Shown: piece by piece, positions 40,688-53,100 of the stretch | How positions within the stretch are numbered: position 1 is the stretch's first letter | Layout of the letters: each line of letters opens with the position of its first letter | From: Eledone cirrhosa | Lineage: Eukaryota | Assembly: GCA_964016885.1 (NCBI GenBank) | Contig: OZ024742.1 | Coordinates: 358,298,001-358,362,000, forward strand | Reading direction: 5' to 3' | Length of the DNA stretch: 64,000 bases | Translations under genes and position numbers: made by a program | The notes under the pieces: model-generated | The model's database searches: none | Told to the model about the DNA's origin: nothing | The model's input: the letters and a program-made list of their open reading frames with translations, nothing else

Positions 40688-41464
40688 AAACATAAATTAT
40701 CGAGATTCGCATTTCGGCCCACGAAATAACGAAAAACAACCTCCGAGATGTGCGGCAAGTGCTCAATGATTCAGATGAACCAGAGCTATAACAAACGTTA
40801 AAGGCCAAACACACTGAGACGATGGTTAAACAATCATTCGCATAGCCAAAAAAAACGATCAAGTAATTCGGATATTGAAAATTTACCCGGACCCCTGGAA
40901 GGTTGATAAAATCCAGTATATGGGTTTCTGCGGCTCCTAAATCCAGTACCGTCCGCTTACATAAATAATGTCAGGCTTCTGGTAAGATGATTGAACAAGG
41001 AAGCCACTTTCTCAACAGGTTTTAGTTCAATGTTAATACAAGGACTGACTATTGCTGACCCCACGTGGGGATCGGCAAGGGAGGCAACCCCTATTTCAGG
41101 CGAATGAATTCAGTTGTGTATATTTTTGCAAGAATGCAAAAACATCACAAATCGAATAGAGTTCTCAACAGAAGGGTTAAAATTAACATAAGCTATTCAT
41201 CAGTCAATAGAATCAATTAAAAAATCAAGAAAATTAATTGGTCAATAGCTAGAGTCGGGAGAATGATACAAACATAAATTATCGAGATTCGCATTTCGGC
41301 CCACGAAGTAACGAAAAACAACCTCCGAGATATGCGGCAAGTGCTCAAGGATTCAGATGAACCAGAGCTATAACAAACGTTAAAGGCCAAACACACTGAG
41401 ACGATGGTTAAACAATCATTCGCATAGCCAAAAAAAAAACGATCAAGTAATTCGGGTATTGAAA
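40688..41464. mobile_element. Partial tandem element (period 582 bp, ~190-bp terminal direct repeat) between (TA)n tracts
   Basis: aaacataaattatcgagattcgc...tattgaaa at 40688 and 41270. Confidence 0.7.
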
Positions 41465-41607
41465 TATATATATATATGTGTGTAGGAGGTGAGTTTTATT
41501 GTAGTACAATAAAGCAATGCAGATATCGGATAAGTAGCACTCTACAGTTTGTAGGACTGGAGTATAAATAATATATAAGATCAAAAGATGGTTAAAAGAG
41601 TTCCATG

Positions 41608-41678
41608 TATTTTATTATGCACATTTCAAAAACAAATATCATCATGCAATAACATTTGCGTTTTCGTCAGATAAAATA
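41608..41678 (-). ncRNA. Type I hammerhead ribozyme in inverted pLTR
   Basis: Reverse complement of 44839-44909 with stem III variant tgtgca. Confidence 0.78.
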
Positions 41679-42245
41679 GGGAGACATGATATGAAGGTTA
41701 AAACACACTTGTGAATAGTGCAGTTTGAAATCAACATATGAAAAGTAGTTTTAGATTGATGTGTGATATTGGGGAAAAATTGAGGGGAGGGGGTTGGAAA
41801 GGATGAAAAAGAGGAGGAGATGAGAGTAAAAAGTGGAGGGGGAGGAGTATAATGAGGAAGGATGAGATAGGAGGAGAGATGGGTGATAAAGAGAGAGAGA
41901 TAGCTTTTATAACTGAGAAAAATATATTGTTTTACATAGAGAGGTTGAAAAACCGTTGGAAGATAATATATAAATTAAAAGAATTTGAAAATTAACGAAG
42001 AGAAAAATTTAGAATAATGTTAAATTAAGGTTTGTATATTTAAGGGTTTAATAATATGTGCGATGAAAAGAAATTGTTAATATGTATTAAGAATACTATT
42101 TAAGGGTTTAATAATATGTGCGATGGAAAGAAATTGTTGATATGTATTATTAAAAAATATAAAAATATAGCACTAGTAATGTAATTAAAGATAGATTGTG
42201 AAAGAAGTAGAAGAGTGGATGAATAAGTGTAATATGTATAAGTTA

Positions 42246-43857
42246 TTGCCAGCTACTATTCTTCTATTTCGCCCTCACTTCTCAACAATGCTCTATCTTT
42301 CGCTTACAAATATTCAGACATTACCACATATGAACTTCACATCATTCTCACCGCACGTAAAACCATCCTAGAGTTCAACAATGAATATTGGACCAGAGCT
42401 GATACCTCTAACAACTTTGACATCATAATGGGAGCATCCGATTCACCCAATTGACAGATTTAATTGGTATCTTTATTTTGAACTCTTTGAATCGGAAAAT
42501 TCCTCAACTTCGCGGTGGAATTTATCGTGACGATGTAGTCTTTACTATCTTAAATTGCAACATAGTTAACCTTAATATTATTAAGAACAATATACGTAAT
42601 CTCTTTAACCAACATAACTTAAAAATTGAATTTGATAACAGCATCAAACTAGCAAATTTCTTGGATGTATCTCTTAATCTTGACACTGGCCTATATTACC
42701 CTTACCATAAAAACAATGAGAACCTAAATTATGTTAATTTTAAATCTAACCACCCCACTAATATTAAGAATGCTATAGTTAGTAATATTGGAAAAAGAAT
42801 ATCTAACCTATCTTCTAATAAAAACATCTTTGATGCTAACGCCAATTACTATAATAACGCGCTTTCTAAAGCCGGTTATCCTGATAAAATCAAATATAGT
42901 AAATAAACAAATTCTAGAAGATCTTACAGTAGAATAATTAATCATGATCATTCCAATAACTTTAATAACAGACATAGATACAAAAACATAATCTGGTATA
43001 ATGCTCCTTTCTCCATCTCTATTAATAATAGTATTCCTAAATTATTCTTTAGTGCCTTAAATAAATGCTTCCCCCCCCTCACATATCTATAGTAAAATAT
43101 TTAACAAACACACTATAAAATTTTCCTATTCGACCTCCTCCAACATCTCCAACATTATCTCTAAACACAACAATAAAATACTAAATCTCTTCCTTCCAAC
43201 ACTGAATATCATAATAACAGTAATAGTACTCCCGACGTCATTGTTAACTCTAGGCTAATTTCTGCAAACCCAAATACAACGTCAAACGCAACTTCGCTAA
43301 ATGTTCTTAATCCCATTCTAAATCAAGAAACTAATATTCCTATCGTAAATAACTTCTCCAATCCAATCCCTTCTATAGATAACACTAGGTCACTTGTTAA
43401 TAACTCTGTTAATCACTCTAATCGCAATTGCAATTGCCCTGTTAAAAATAAATGTCCTCTCAACAACCATTGTCTTGAAAAAAACTTAATCTACGAATGT
43501 AAAGTTATAACTGATACCAATTCCTTTACCTATTTTGGCTCCACTTCCACCTCGTTTAAAGCTCGTCTTTATAATCATCATTCGTCTTTTAAACACCAAC
43601 TTAAAAGAACCAACACGACACTCTCAGAACTCATATGGTCCTTGAAAGACAAAAATATTAACTATAACATCTCTTGGAAGAAGGTTTGTTCTGCTTCTTC
43701 ATACTTGAATAGTTCTCTATCCAAGACATGCAATCTCTGTTTATATGAAAAATTTACCATTATCTCTAATTTAGATTCTATGATAAATAGACGCACTGAC
43801 TTGTTTTCTCTCTAATTGCATAAATTCCACAGAACATTCCATAAAGTATACAGCTAA
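42246..43857 (+). pseudogene. PLE RT + GIY-YIG endonuclease ORF, disrupted
   Basis: SYYSSIS, FDIIMGASD, IYRDD, NFLDV, SNHP, IIWYNAPFS; CNCPVKNKCPL..C, LIY..YFG, R..NH, CNLCLYE; stops at 42904 and 43813 plus frameshifts. Confidence 0.9.
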
Positions 43858-44838
43858 TATCTAATACTTTATCAATTTAAAATCCTTTTGCCAAAGGCAC
43901 ATATATATATATACATATATATTTCTTTTAAAATATATCCATCTTTCTACCTTATTTCAATGTTATTTATTATACATTATATAATACTAGTTACTCATTC
44001 TATATCACTCCTATTTATCACTTCCCTTTCTTTCTTTTTTCCTTTTTTCTTTTATTTTTTTCTTTTTCTCTTAATTTCTAATCCCTAATCTGTACCTTTT
44101 CTTGCTAGATACTTCTCAATTATCATTGTGCCTAACGTAGAAACAATTATTACTCAGCACAATATATTCTTACTTTATATCACCTTGAAAAAATCCTTCG
44201 TAAACATAAACATTTTTTTGACGTTAGATTATTCATCCTCAATTCATTATTTTTTCTCCCTTTCATGCTCATCTAACTTATACATATTACACTTATTCAT
44301 CCACTCTTCTACTTCTTTCACAATATATCCTTAATTACATTACTATTGCTATATTTTTATATTTTTTAATAATACATATCAACAATTTCTTTCCATCGCA
44401 CATATTATTAAACCCTTAAATATTATTCTTAATACATATTAACAATTTCTTTTCATCGCACATATTATTAAACCCTTAAATATACAAACCTTAATTTAAC
44501 ATTATTCTAAATTTTTCTCTTCGTTAATTTTCAAATTCTTTTAATTTATATATTATCTTCCAACGGTTTTTCAACCTCTCTATGTAAAACAATATATTTT
44601 TCTCAGTTATGAAAGCTATCTCTCTCTCTTTATCACCCATCTCTCCTCCTATCTCATCCTTCCTCATTATACTCCTCCCCCTCCACTTTTTACTCTCATC
44701 TCCTCCTCTTTTTCATCCTTTCCACCCCCACCCCCAATTTTTTCCCAATATCACACATCAATCTAAAACTACTTTTCATATGCTGATTTAAAACTGCACT
44801 ATTCACAAGTGTGTTTTAACCTTCATATCATGTCTCCC

Positions 44839-44909
44839 TATTTTATCTGACGAAAACGCAAATGTTATTGCATGATGATATTTGTTTTTGAAATGCGCAT
44901 AATAAAATA
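44839..44909 (+). ncRNA. Type I minimal hammerhead ribozyme in PLE 3' pLTR
   Basis: tattttat-CTGACGA-AAAC..GTTT(TT)-GAAA-TGCGCA-TA-ataaaata; perfect 8-bp stem I, palindromic stem III. Confidence 0.83.
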
Positions 44910-44938
44910 CATGGAACTCTTTTAACCATCTTTTGATT

Positions 44939-45014
<76 letters not shown>

Positions 45015-45015
<1 letters not shown>

Positions 45016-45116
45016 TGAGTTTCTACAGGACTAGAACTGTTTCATTCTTTAGAAATCATCAGGGATTCCTGATGATTTCTCAAGAATGAAACAGTTCTAG
45101 TCCTGTAGAATCTCAT
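45015..45116. ncRNA. Palindrome of two back-to-back hammerhead cores
   Basis: CTGATGA-tttctcaagaat-GAAAC-agttcta-GTC at 45069-45102 and mirror copy on minus; stem I not intact; relative at 46429-46499. Confidence 0.62.
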
Positions 45117-45274
45117 CTATATTAAAACTTTTATACTCTGCAATGTATTGAGTACCTTACTTACTGTGGTTACCTCCGATTCAACCCGGAATAACGTATA
45201 TATATCTATATATATCTATATATCTATATATATCTATATATATATATATATATATATCTATATATATCTATATA

Positions 45275-45313
<39 letters not shown>

Positions 45314-45317
<4 letters not shown>

Positions 45318-45515
45318 GCCACGAAATCCCAGTGGAAGGAAACTGAAGTAGATGACAACCAAGAAAGACCTGAGCAGAGGTTGTGAGAACTGATCTCAGA
45401 TTGGTAAGACTGGAAGAGGAGATTATGAGGGAAGACAAGTGGAGAAACACAATGCTGAGGACTAGTCTATCCCATGCAAGCCTGGAAAAGCGGACGTAAA
45501 AATCATATGATGATA
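45314..45515 (+). mobile_element. RTE LINE 3' fragment
   Basis: Homologous to 33420-33640. Confidence 0.75.
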
Positions 45516-45532
45516 TATATATATATATATAT

Positions 45533-45905
45533 ATATAAGTTAAAACAATGAAATAAAAAATCAAGTCATTAGAGACATACTTCACTGCTTTACGATCGTT
45601 TCTAGATGATGATAATACATTGTAGCTATACTCCGTTATTGATCTATGTAAGGTTAGTTACAAAATATCAGATAAAGAGAATATTTACTTACATGCATAT
45701 CACCAGCTGTTTTCAAAAGCAATTGAAGACAGCTGGTGATATGCATGTAAGTAAATATTCTCTTTATCTGATATTTTGTAACTAACCTTACACAGATCAA
45801 TAACGGAGTATAGCTACAATGTATTATCATCATCTAGAAACGATCGTAAAGCAGTGAAGTATGTCTCTAATGACTTGATTTTTATTTCATTGTTTTAACT
45901 TATAT
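45533..45905. repeat. Near-perfect fold-back palindrome with ~180-bp arms
   Basis: Centre cagctgttttcaa-aagcaa-ttgaagacagctg; arms contain GAAAC-GATC-GTA. Confidence 0.92.
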
Positions 45906-46915
45906 CATGACTCTGTTTTCCTTTTAATGTTTTATTGTCTTCCAGGATTTATCTTAACCTACAACATTTTCAACATATGGATTACATTGAGTCCTTCATG
46001 CAGAATAGACACCACAACTTACCGTGGATATCTCTGTGTATATATATAATCCTCATTTAACATCTGTTTGCCCTCCTGGCAAGTGTTGGATGGGTCATCC
46101 CATATCATGTCAGTACTTAACTGGAGCTACAGATCTCTCAGACAGGCCAGGGCCTGCATCTTGCTTACATACATTCTCACACTCTACAGAGTATACCAGA
46201 TGCATTTTATCATAGCAACGGTACTAGAGTGGTCAACATCCCCTTAATATAAGTGAAGTGTTCTCTCACCGCTTTTTTGGCATGTTTTCTACAGTTGGAT
46301 TCACTACCCCTCTCTAAAATACTTGTAGGTTCTACATGGTAGAGTTTTAGTGGCACCAACAGTCTATATGTATATATGTGTGTTATTGAGCATTATAAAA
46401 TACTTACTCACTATATATAAATAAAAAAGTTTCTACAGGACTAGTACTGTTTCATTCATATGAAATCATTGAAAGTAACAGTACTAGTCCTGTAGAAACC
46501 TTTTCTATGTATACTCTTCTCTTCACTCTATGCATGTATTAAGTACCTTATTTAGTAATTAACCCTGACTCAACTCAGTATGTGTACACACACCTACACA
46601 CTCATATATATAAGCACAGGGTAAAATCCCTCACACATTAAACATAATGGAAAAAAGCACTCACCAACATAATCATTGTGCAACAATCTCATGCATTCAG
46701 ACATTTTTTGCAAATACACACAAAGTAAAAAGGGTTCATACATATATATACATAGTGCAAAAGCATATATAGATATCATGCAGAAACACACACAGATATG
46801 TACATAGTAGAAATAAAAATAAAATTCACACATACAGCAATAAAAACACAGAGAGAAACATAAGTATTGCAATACTTAAATTCCCTACTTTATTACAGTA
46901 AATGTCCAGAGTAAG

Positions 46916-46969
46916 TAGAAGAATGTTTCTCTTGATTGTTACTCTCACTGGGATGAGGCAAATACCATG

Positions 46970-47003
<34 letters not shown>

Positions 47004-47198
47004 ATGGTATTTGCCACATCCCAGTGAGAATAACAATCAAGAGAAACATTCTTCTATTCGAATATAAGTACCCCAATGGTGGCCTCACACTGGGATGGGG
47101 AAAATACTGTATATATTTGAAATTAAGCACCCCAATAGTGGCTTCTCACTGGGATGGGGCAAATATCGTATATATTTCAATATAAGTACCCCAATGGT
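46916..47198. repeat. Inverted repeat around (CAT)n followed by a ~60-bp tandem
   Basis: 46916-46968 vs 47003-47056; repeated taagtaccccaat..cactgggatgggg. Confidence 0.7.
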
Positions 47199-47299
47199 CG
47201 GCAGTTTTAAAATAAAAATAATTACTATAATGTTTAACTCTACAAAATACTTCAGCAATGCTGGTATAGCCACTGTCTCCATCTCTCACTATTCTAAGC

Positions 47300-47513
47300 C
47301 AATGGGAGCCCATACACTGGCCATCCCATAGTCTGGTGGATAGAATGGAGAAGGCATTTCCCTGGAGGATGGTGAAGGAGACACATTGGACAAGCCATTC
47401 CAGCTCGCGAGACTCACACCGGTGGGTAGTCAACTCCATGCTGATGGTGGTGTGTAGGGAGGTGGTTCTAGGACACCAGAAGTTTCCACTGCTATGGGTT
47501 CGACCACAAACCT
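47300..47513 (-). pseudogene. CRE-type non-LTR retrotransposon RLE C-terminal fragment
   Basis: FVVEPIAVETSGVL...WLVQCVSFTILQGNAFSIL resembles the PxAxETxG...QRxSxxxQRGNA pattern. Confidence 0.6.
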
Positions 47514-48277
47514 ATCAGAGAGCAACCAATATTGAGAGTAAGCTGATGCTTGAAATTGCTTTAATTCCTCCAATCATAACAACAGCAGAATAATTTGACA
47601 TGATGTCAAAGGGACTCAATTCCAATTTACCAATCTACGTTTCTGCCTTAAAAGCTTTATTTCTATTTGCAAAGAATGTCAATAAACTTTGAAAATATAT
47701 GTCACTGTAGTTGGTATGTCTGCTGGTTGTTCAAAATGCTACACATTAAGTTTTCAATCAATAGAATTTAGGGTGACTTAATATAATTTAGATATTTATT
47801 ACTTTGCAAACTCTGCAAAGTAATAATAGCTTTATGTTTATGCTTTGGTGATTCTAACTATAATAGGAAATAAATCTAATCTTATACTAAATGTAAACAT
47901 TTTCAATAGTTGATATGCAGATTTTAGCTGTAAGCATTGGAATGATCAAATTTGGAGATGTGATACTGTATTTGTAAATAAAGGGATATAATAAAATACA
48001 AATCATTGTAAAGTGGTAAATTGGCTGAGGTGATGGAGCATTGGATGTGATGCCTTGCCGTGTTTATTATGGCTCCTTGTATCTAGATTGACATCCCTCT
48101 GACTTCAACTTTGCTTTCCAGCTTTCTGGAGGTCAGTAAACTAGCAGACTATAGTGGTACATTTGTATAGTTGTAAGAGCGTGATCTTGGATGCCATTGG
48201 GTAATATTTCTGAGTTCAAATCCTGCTGTGAACTTCATTACTGTGTAGTGTGACATATAATTTGTCAGCTGGTTTAA

Positions 48278-48498
48278 ACCTTTAGCATTTAAACTGGCTA
48301 TATCCGGCCAGAACTCTCTCACCTCTTTCTATTCAAACCGGCTATAACCGGCCACTCATACTGATGTTAAGGTATTGTTCTCAACATAAATAATATCAAA
48401 ATTTCATAGATTCGATATTATGTGAGATAATTATGTGAGGTAAAGTCTTTACCATGAAAATACAATAGTATATATAGAATAATGTAAATGCTAGAGGG
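48278..48498. mobile_element. piggyBac-like MITE
   Basis: TTAA|acctttagcattta ... taaatgctagaggg|TTAA. Confidence 0.7.
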
Positions 48499-50197
48499 TT
48501 AATTACATCAGCTCCCCTTTGGTGACTTGTTGCAAACATTCTAGTCAAGTCTTCAGTGTGAAGATACTTTTTTCTCTCCCTTCCTTCCTCTAGTCTTGAA
48601 GGACCTGAATAGGGTCATAAGCATTACACCTTCTTCTAACTAAACAATACAAAACCAGGTAAGGAAGATTACAGGTTCTTTACATAAATAAATAAGTAAA
48701 TAATCTTTTATTTAATACCATTTTTTCAAATTTTTCATGATACTGAAACGTTTATAGAGAGTATAATTCAATTTGTTTTAAATATCTATCATTGCAACTA
48801 TGAAGCCTAATATTTCTTCTTTATTTTTGTTTTAACCTGACACCCTATGTATGTATGTGTGCATGTATGTATGTGTGTGTATGTATGTGTATAAGTATAT
48901 AGGTGTGTGTGTATGTATGTACATATGTATGTATGTGCATATGAATGTATGCATGTGTGTATATATGTATGTGTGTGTGTATGTGTATGTGTGTGTGTAT
49001 GTGTATGTATGTATGTTCCACTATCAAATCTCGACCACCCTTTGTATGTTTTTCATCAACAGATTTATAAACAGCTTTTCTCCCAGATTAACATTGAATA
49101 TAATACAGATTATATTCATCCTATTCTTCATCTGTTGGAATAAATTAGAAATTGTAGACAGGCAAACAGCAAACAGATAGATTGATAAAAAGACATGTAA
49201 TTCATGCAAGCATGGAAGATGGACGTTAAACGATGATGATGATGATGATGAGGTAGATAGGGAGGTGCGTGAGACACCTACATAGAGAGGTAGGTATACA
49301 CAAACAGATAGATAGATCATTTGAATATATCAGGTATTACAAACTTTTTACCTCATACACAGGTAATAAATATTTTAATGATTTCTTTCGCGGCCAACCT
49401 ATAGTGACTTCTGCCTTACTATACTACTCTCCTACAGGTAACACCTACAGGTAACACCACTTCAATACCTTATATTCTTACTCTTCTATAAGGAAATCCT
49501 CATGGCTGTACAATCAAGTCATAACCAGTAGACTTTACTAATCTTATCCTTATACCTCTAGTTACAATTTCTTTATAACCTGAGTAATTTCTGGGGTTAT
49601 TTATTAAAACCTAATTTTCACTGAATACCCTTTTGCATATTTAAACATTTCAGTCATGAGGTTTGCAATGTACATATTATTACTGATTCCATTAACAGAA
49701 TTGATTTTATATTAGGCATTCGTTGTAGTTGTATTCTACATTGTTTCCTGTCTCAAGGATAAATATTAAGGTGTAGCCTTTATTCTAAGTATAAACTTTA
49801 ACAGTTACAATTTCAAAATCAGCCAAACCTGCCATCTAGATTTATTCCCACCTCATTTTATTTTATGCTTTCATACTTTCTTTTGAAACAATTTTATTAA
49901 TTCACAAATATATATTATCTTATTAGTTCTGAAAATATCAAATTGATTGAAACAATCTGTAAATTAATCTATAAATAAATTGCCATATTTAACTCTATTT
50001 CATGACGTACTGAGTATTTTATATAGTGAGTAAATATTCATACAAGCACCACCCCAGACAGACAAGTTGTTATTATAAAAAAGCTTCAGGAAAACTTTAG
50101 ACATAAAATGGCGGTGCACCAGCATGGCCTCAGCCTGTTGGTTGGAACATGTGATAGAGTAATAGAGTATACAAAATATAAATGAAGAGAAACTACA

Positions 50198-53100
50198 ACA
50201 GCCTGTGAGACGTGTGGTGGAGTTGGGACACTGAAAGCCTGCGGTGTTTGGTGGAGTTGGGCCACTGACAGCCTGTGGTGTTTGGTAGAGTTGGGCCACT
50301 GACAGCCTGTGAGACGTGTGGTGGAGTTGGCCCACTGACAGCCTGTGGTATTTGGTGGAGTTGGGCCATTGACAGCCTGTGGTGTTTGGTGGAGTTGGGC
50401 CACTGACAGCCTGTGAGACGTGTGGTGGAGTTGGGACACTGAAAGCCTGTGATGTTTGGTGGAGTTGGGCCACTGACAGCCTGTGGTGTTTGGTAGAGTT
50501 GGGCCACTGACAGCCTGTGGTGTTTGGTGGAGTTGGGACACTGAAAGCCTGTGGTATTTGGTGGAGTTGGGCCACTGACAGCCTGTGAGACGTGTGGTGG
50601 AGTTGGGCCACTGACAGCCTGTGGTATTTGGTGGAGTTGGGCCACTGACAGCCTGTGGTATTTGGTGGAGTTGGGCCACTGACAGCCTGTAGTGTTTGGT
50701 AGAGTTGGGCCACTGACAGCCTGTGGTGTTTGGTAGAGTTGGGCCATTGACAGCCTGTGAGACGTGTGGTGGAGTTGGGCCACTGACAGCCTGTGGTATT
50801 TGGTGGAGTTGGGCCACTGACAGCCTGTAGTGTTTGGTAGAGTTGGGCCACTGACAGCCTGTGGTGTTTGGTAGAGTTGGGCCACTGACAGCCTGTGGTA
50901 TTTGGTGGAGTTGGGCCACTGACAGCCTGTGGTGTTTGGTAGAGTTGGGCCACTGAGAGCCTGTGGTATTTGGTGGAGTTGGGCCACTGACAGCCTGTGG
51001 TGTTTGGTAGAGTTGGGCCACTGACAGCCTGTGAGACGTGTGGTGGAGTTGGGCCACTGACAGCCCGTGGTGTTTGGTGGAGTTGGGCCACTGAAAGCCT
51101 GTGGTGTTTGGTGGAGTTGGGCCACTGAAAGCCTGTGGTGTTTGGTGGAGTTGGGCCACTGACAGCCTGTGAGACGTGTGGTGGAGTTGGGCCACTGACA
51201 GCCTGTGGTGTTTGGTGGAGTTGGGCCACTGAAAGCCTGTGGTGTTTGGTGGAGTTGGGCCACTGAAAGCCTGTGGTGTTTGGTGGAGTTGGGCCACTGA
51301 CAGCCTGTGGTGTTTGGTAGAGTTGGGCCACAGACAGCCTGTGGTATTTGGTAGAGTTGGGCCACTGACAGCCTGTGGTGTTTGGTGGAGTTGGGCCACT
51401 GACAGCCTGTGGTGTTTGGTAGAGTTGGGCCACTGACAGCCTGTGGTGTTTGGTGGTGGTGGGCCACTGACAGCCTGTGGTATTTGGTAGAGTTGGGCCA
51501 CTGACAGCTTGTGGTGTTTGGTAGAGTTGGGCCACTGACAGCCTGTGGTGTTTGGTGGAGTTGGGCCACTGACAGCCTGTGGTGTTTGGTAGAGTTGGGC
51601 CACTGACAGCCTGTGGTATTTGGTGGAGTTGGGCCACTGACAGCCTGTGGTGTTTGGTGGAGTTGGGCCACTGACAGCATGTGGTGTTTGGTAGAGTTGG
51701 GCCACTGACAGCCTGTGGTATTTGGTGGAGTTGGGCCAGTGACAGCCTGTGGTATTTGGTGGAGTTGGGCCACTGACAGCTTGTGGTATTTGGTGGAGTT
51801 GGGCCACTGACAGCCTGTGGTGTTTGGTAGAGTTGGGCCAATGACAGCCTGTGGTGTTTGGTAGAGTTGGGCCACTGACAGCCTGTGGTGTTTGGTGGAG
51901 TTGGGCCACTGAAAGCCTGTGGTGTTTGGTGGAGTTGGGCCACTGACAGCCTGTTGTATTTGGTAGAGTTGGGCCACTGACAGCCTGTTGTATTTGGTAG
52001 AGTTGGGCCACTGACAGCCTGTTGTATTTGGTAGAGTTGGGCCACTGACAGCCTGTAATGTTTGGTAGAGTTGGGCCACTGACAGCCTGTGGTGTTTGGT
52101 AGAGTTGGGCCACTGACAGCCTCTGGTGTTTGGTGGAGATGGGCCACTGACAGACTGTGAGAAGTTTGGAGAGCTGGCCCACTAACAGCCTGTGGTGTTT
52201 GGTGGAGTTGGGCCACCGAGAGCTTGTGGTGTTTGGTAGAGTTGGGCCACTGACAGCCTGTGGTGTTTGGTAGAGTTGGGCCACTGACAGTCTGTGGTGT
52301 TTGGTGGAGTTGGGCCACTGACAGCCTGTGGTGTTTGGTAGAGTTGGGCCACTGACAGCTTGTGGTGTTTGGTGGAGTTGGGCCACTGACAGCCTGTGGT
52401 GTTTGGTAGAGTTGGGCCACTGACAGCCTGTGGTGTTTGGCAGAGTTTGCCAGTGACACCCTGTGGTGTTTGGTAGAGTTGGGCCACAGACAGCCTGTGG
52501 TGTTTGGTGGAGTTGGGCCACTGACAGACTGTGAGAAGTTTGGTAGAGTTGGGCCACTGACAGACTGTGAGAAGTTTGGTAGAGTTGGGCCACTGACAGC
52601 TTGTGGTGTTTGGTAGAGTTGGGCCACTGACAGCCTGTGGTGTTTGGTAGAGTTGGGCCACTGAGAGCCTGTGGTGTTTGGTGGAGTTGGGCCACTGACA
52701 GCCTGTGGTGTTTGGTAGAGTTGGGCCACTGACAGCTTGTGGTGTTTGGTGGAGTTGGGCCACTGACAACCTGTCGTGTTTGGTAAAGTTGGGCCAGTGA
52801 CAGCCTGTGGTGTTTGGTAGAGTTTGCCAGTGACAGCCTGTGGTGTTTGGTAGAGTTGGGCCACCGACAGCCTGTAGTATTTGGTAGAGTTGGGCCACTG
52901 ACAGTCTGTGGTGTTTGGCAGAGTTGGGCCAGTGACAGCCTGTGGTGTTTGGTAGAGTTGGGCCACTGACAGCCTGTAGTATTTGGTGGAGTTGGGCCAC
53001 TGACAGCCTGTGTTGTTTGGTAGAGTTGGGCCACTGACAACCTGTGGTATTTGGTAGAGTTGGGCCACTGACAGCCTGTGGTATTTGGTGGAGTTGGGCC

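Larger units (their letters stand above)
41484..44948 (+). mobile_element. Penelope-like retroelement, 5'-truncated, with inverted pseudo-LTR (41568-42245 vs 44274-44948)
   Basis: RT plus C-terminal GIY-YIG; ~670-bp inverted arms each with a hammerhead; (TA)n flanks. Confidence 0.9.
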
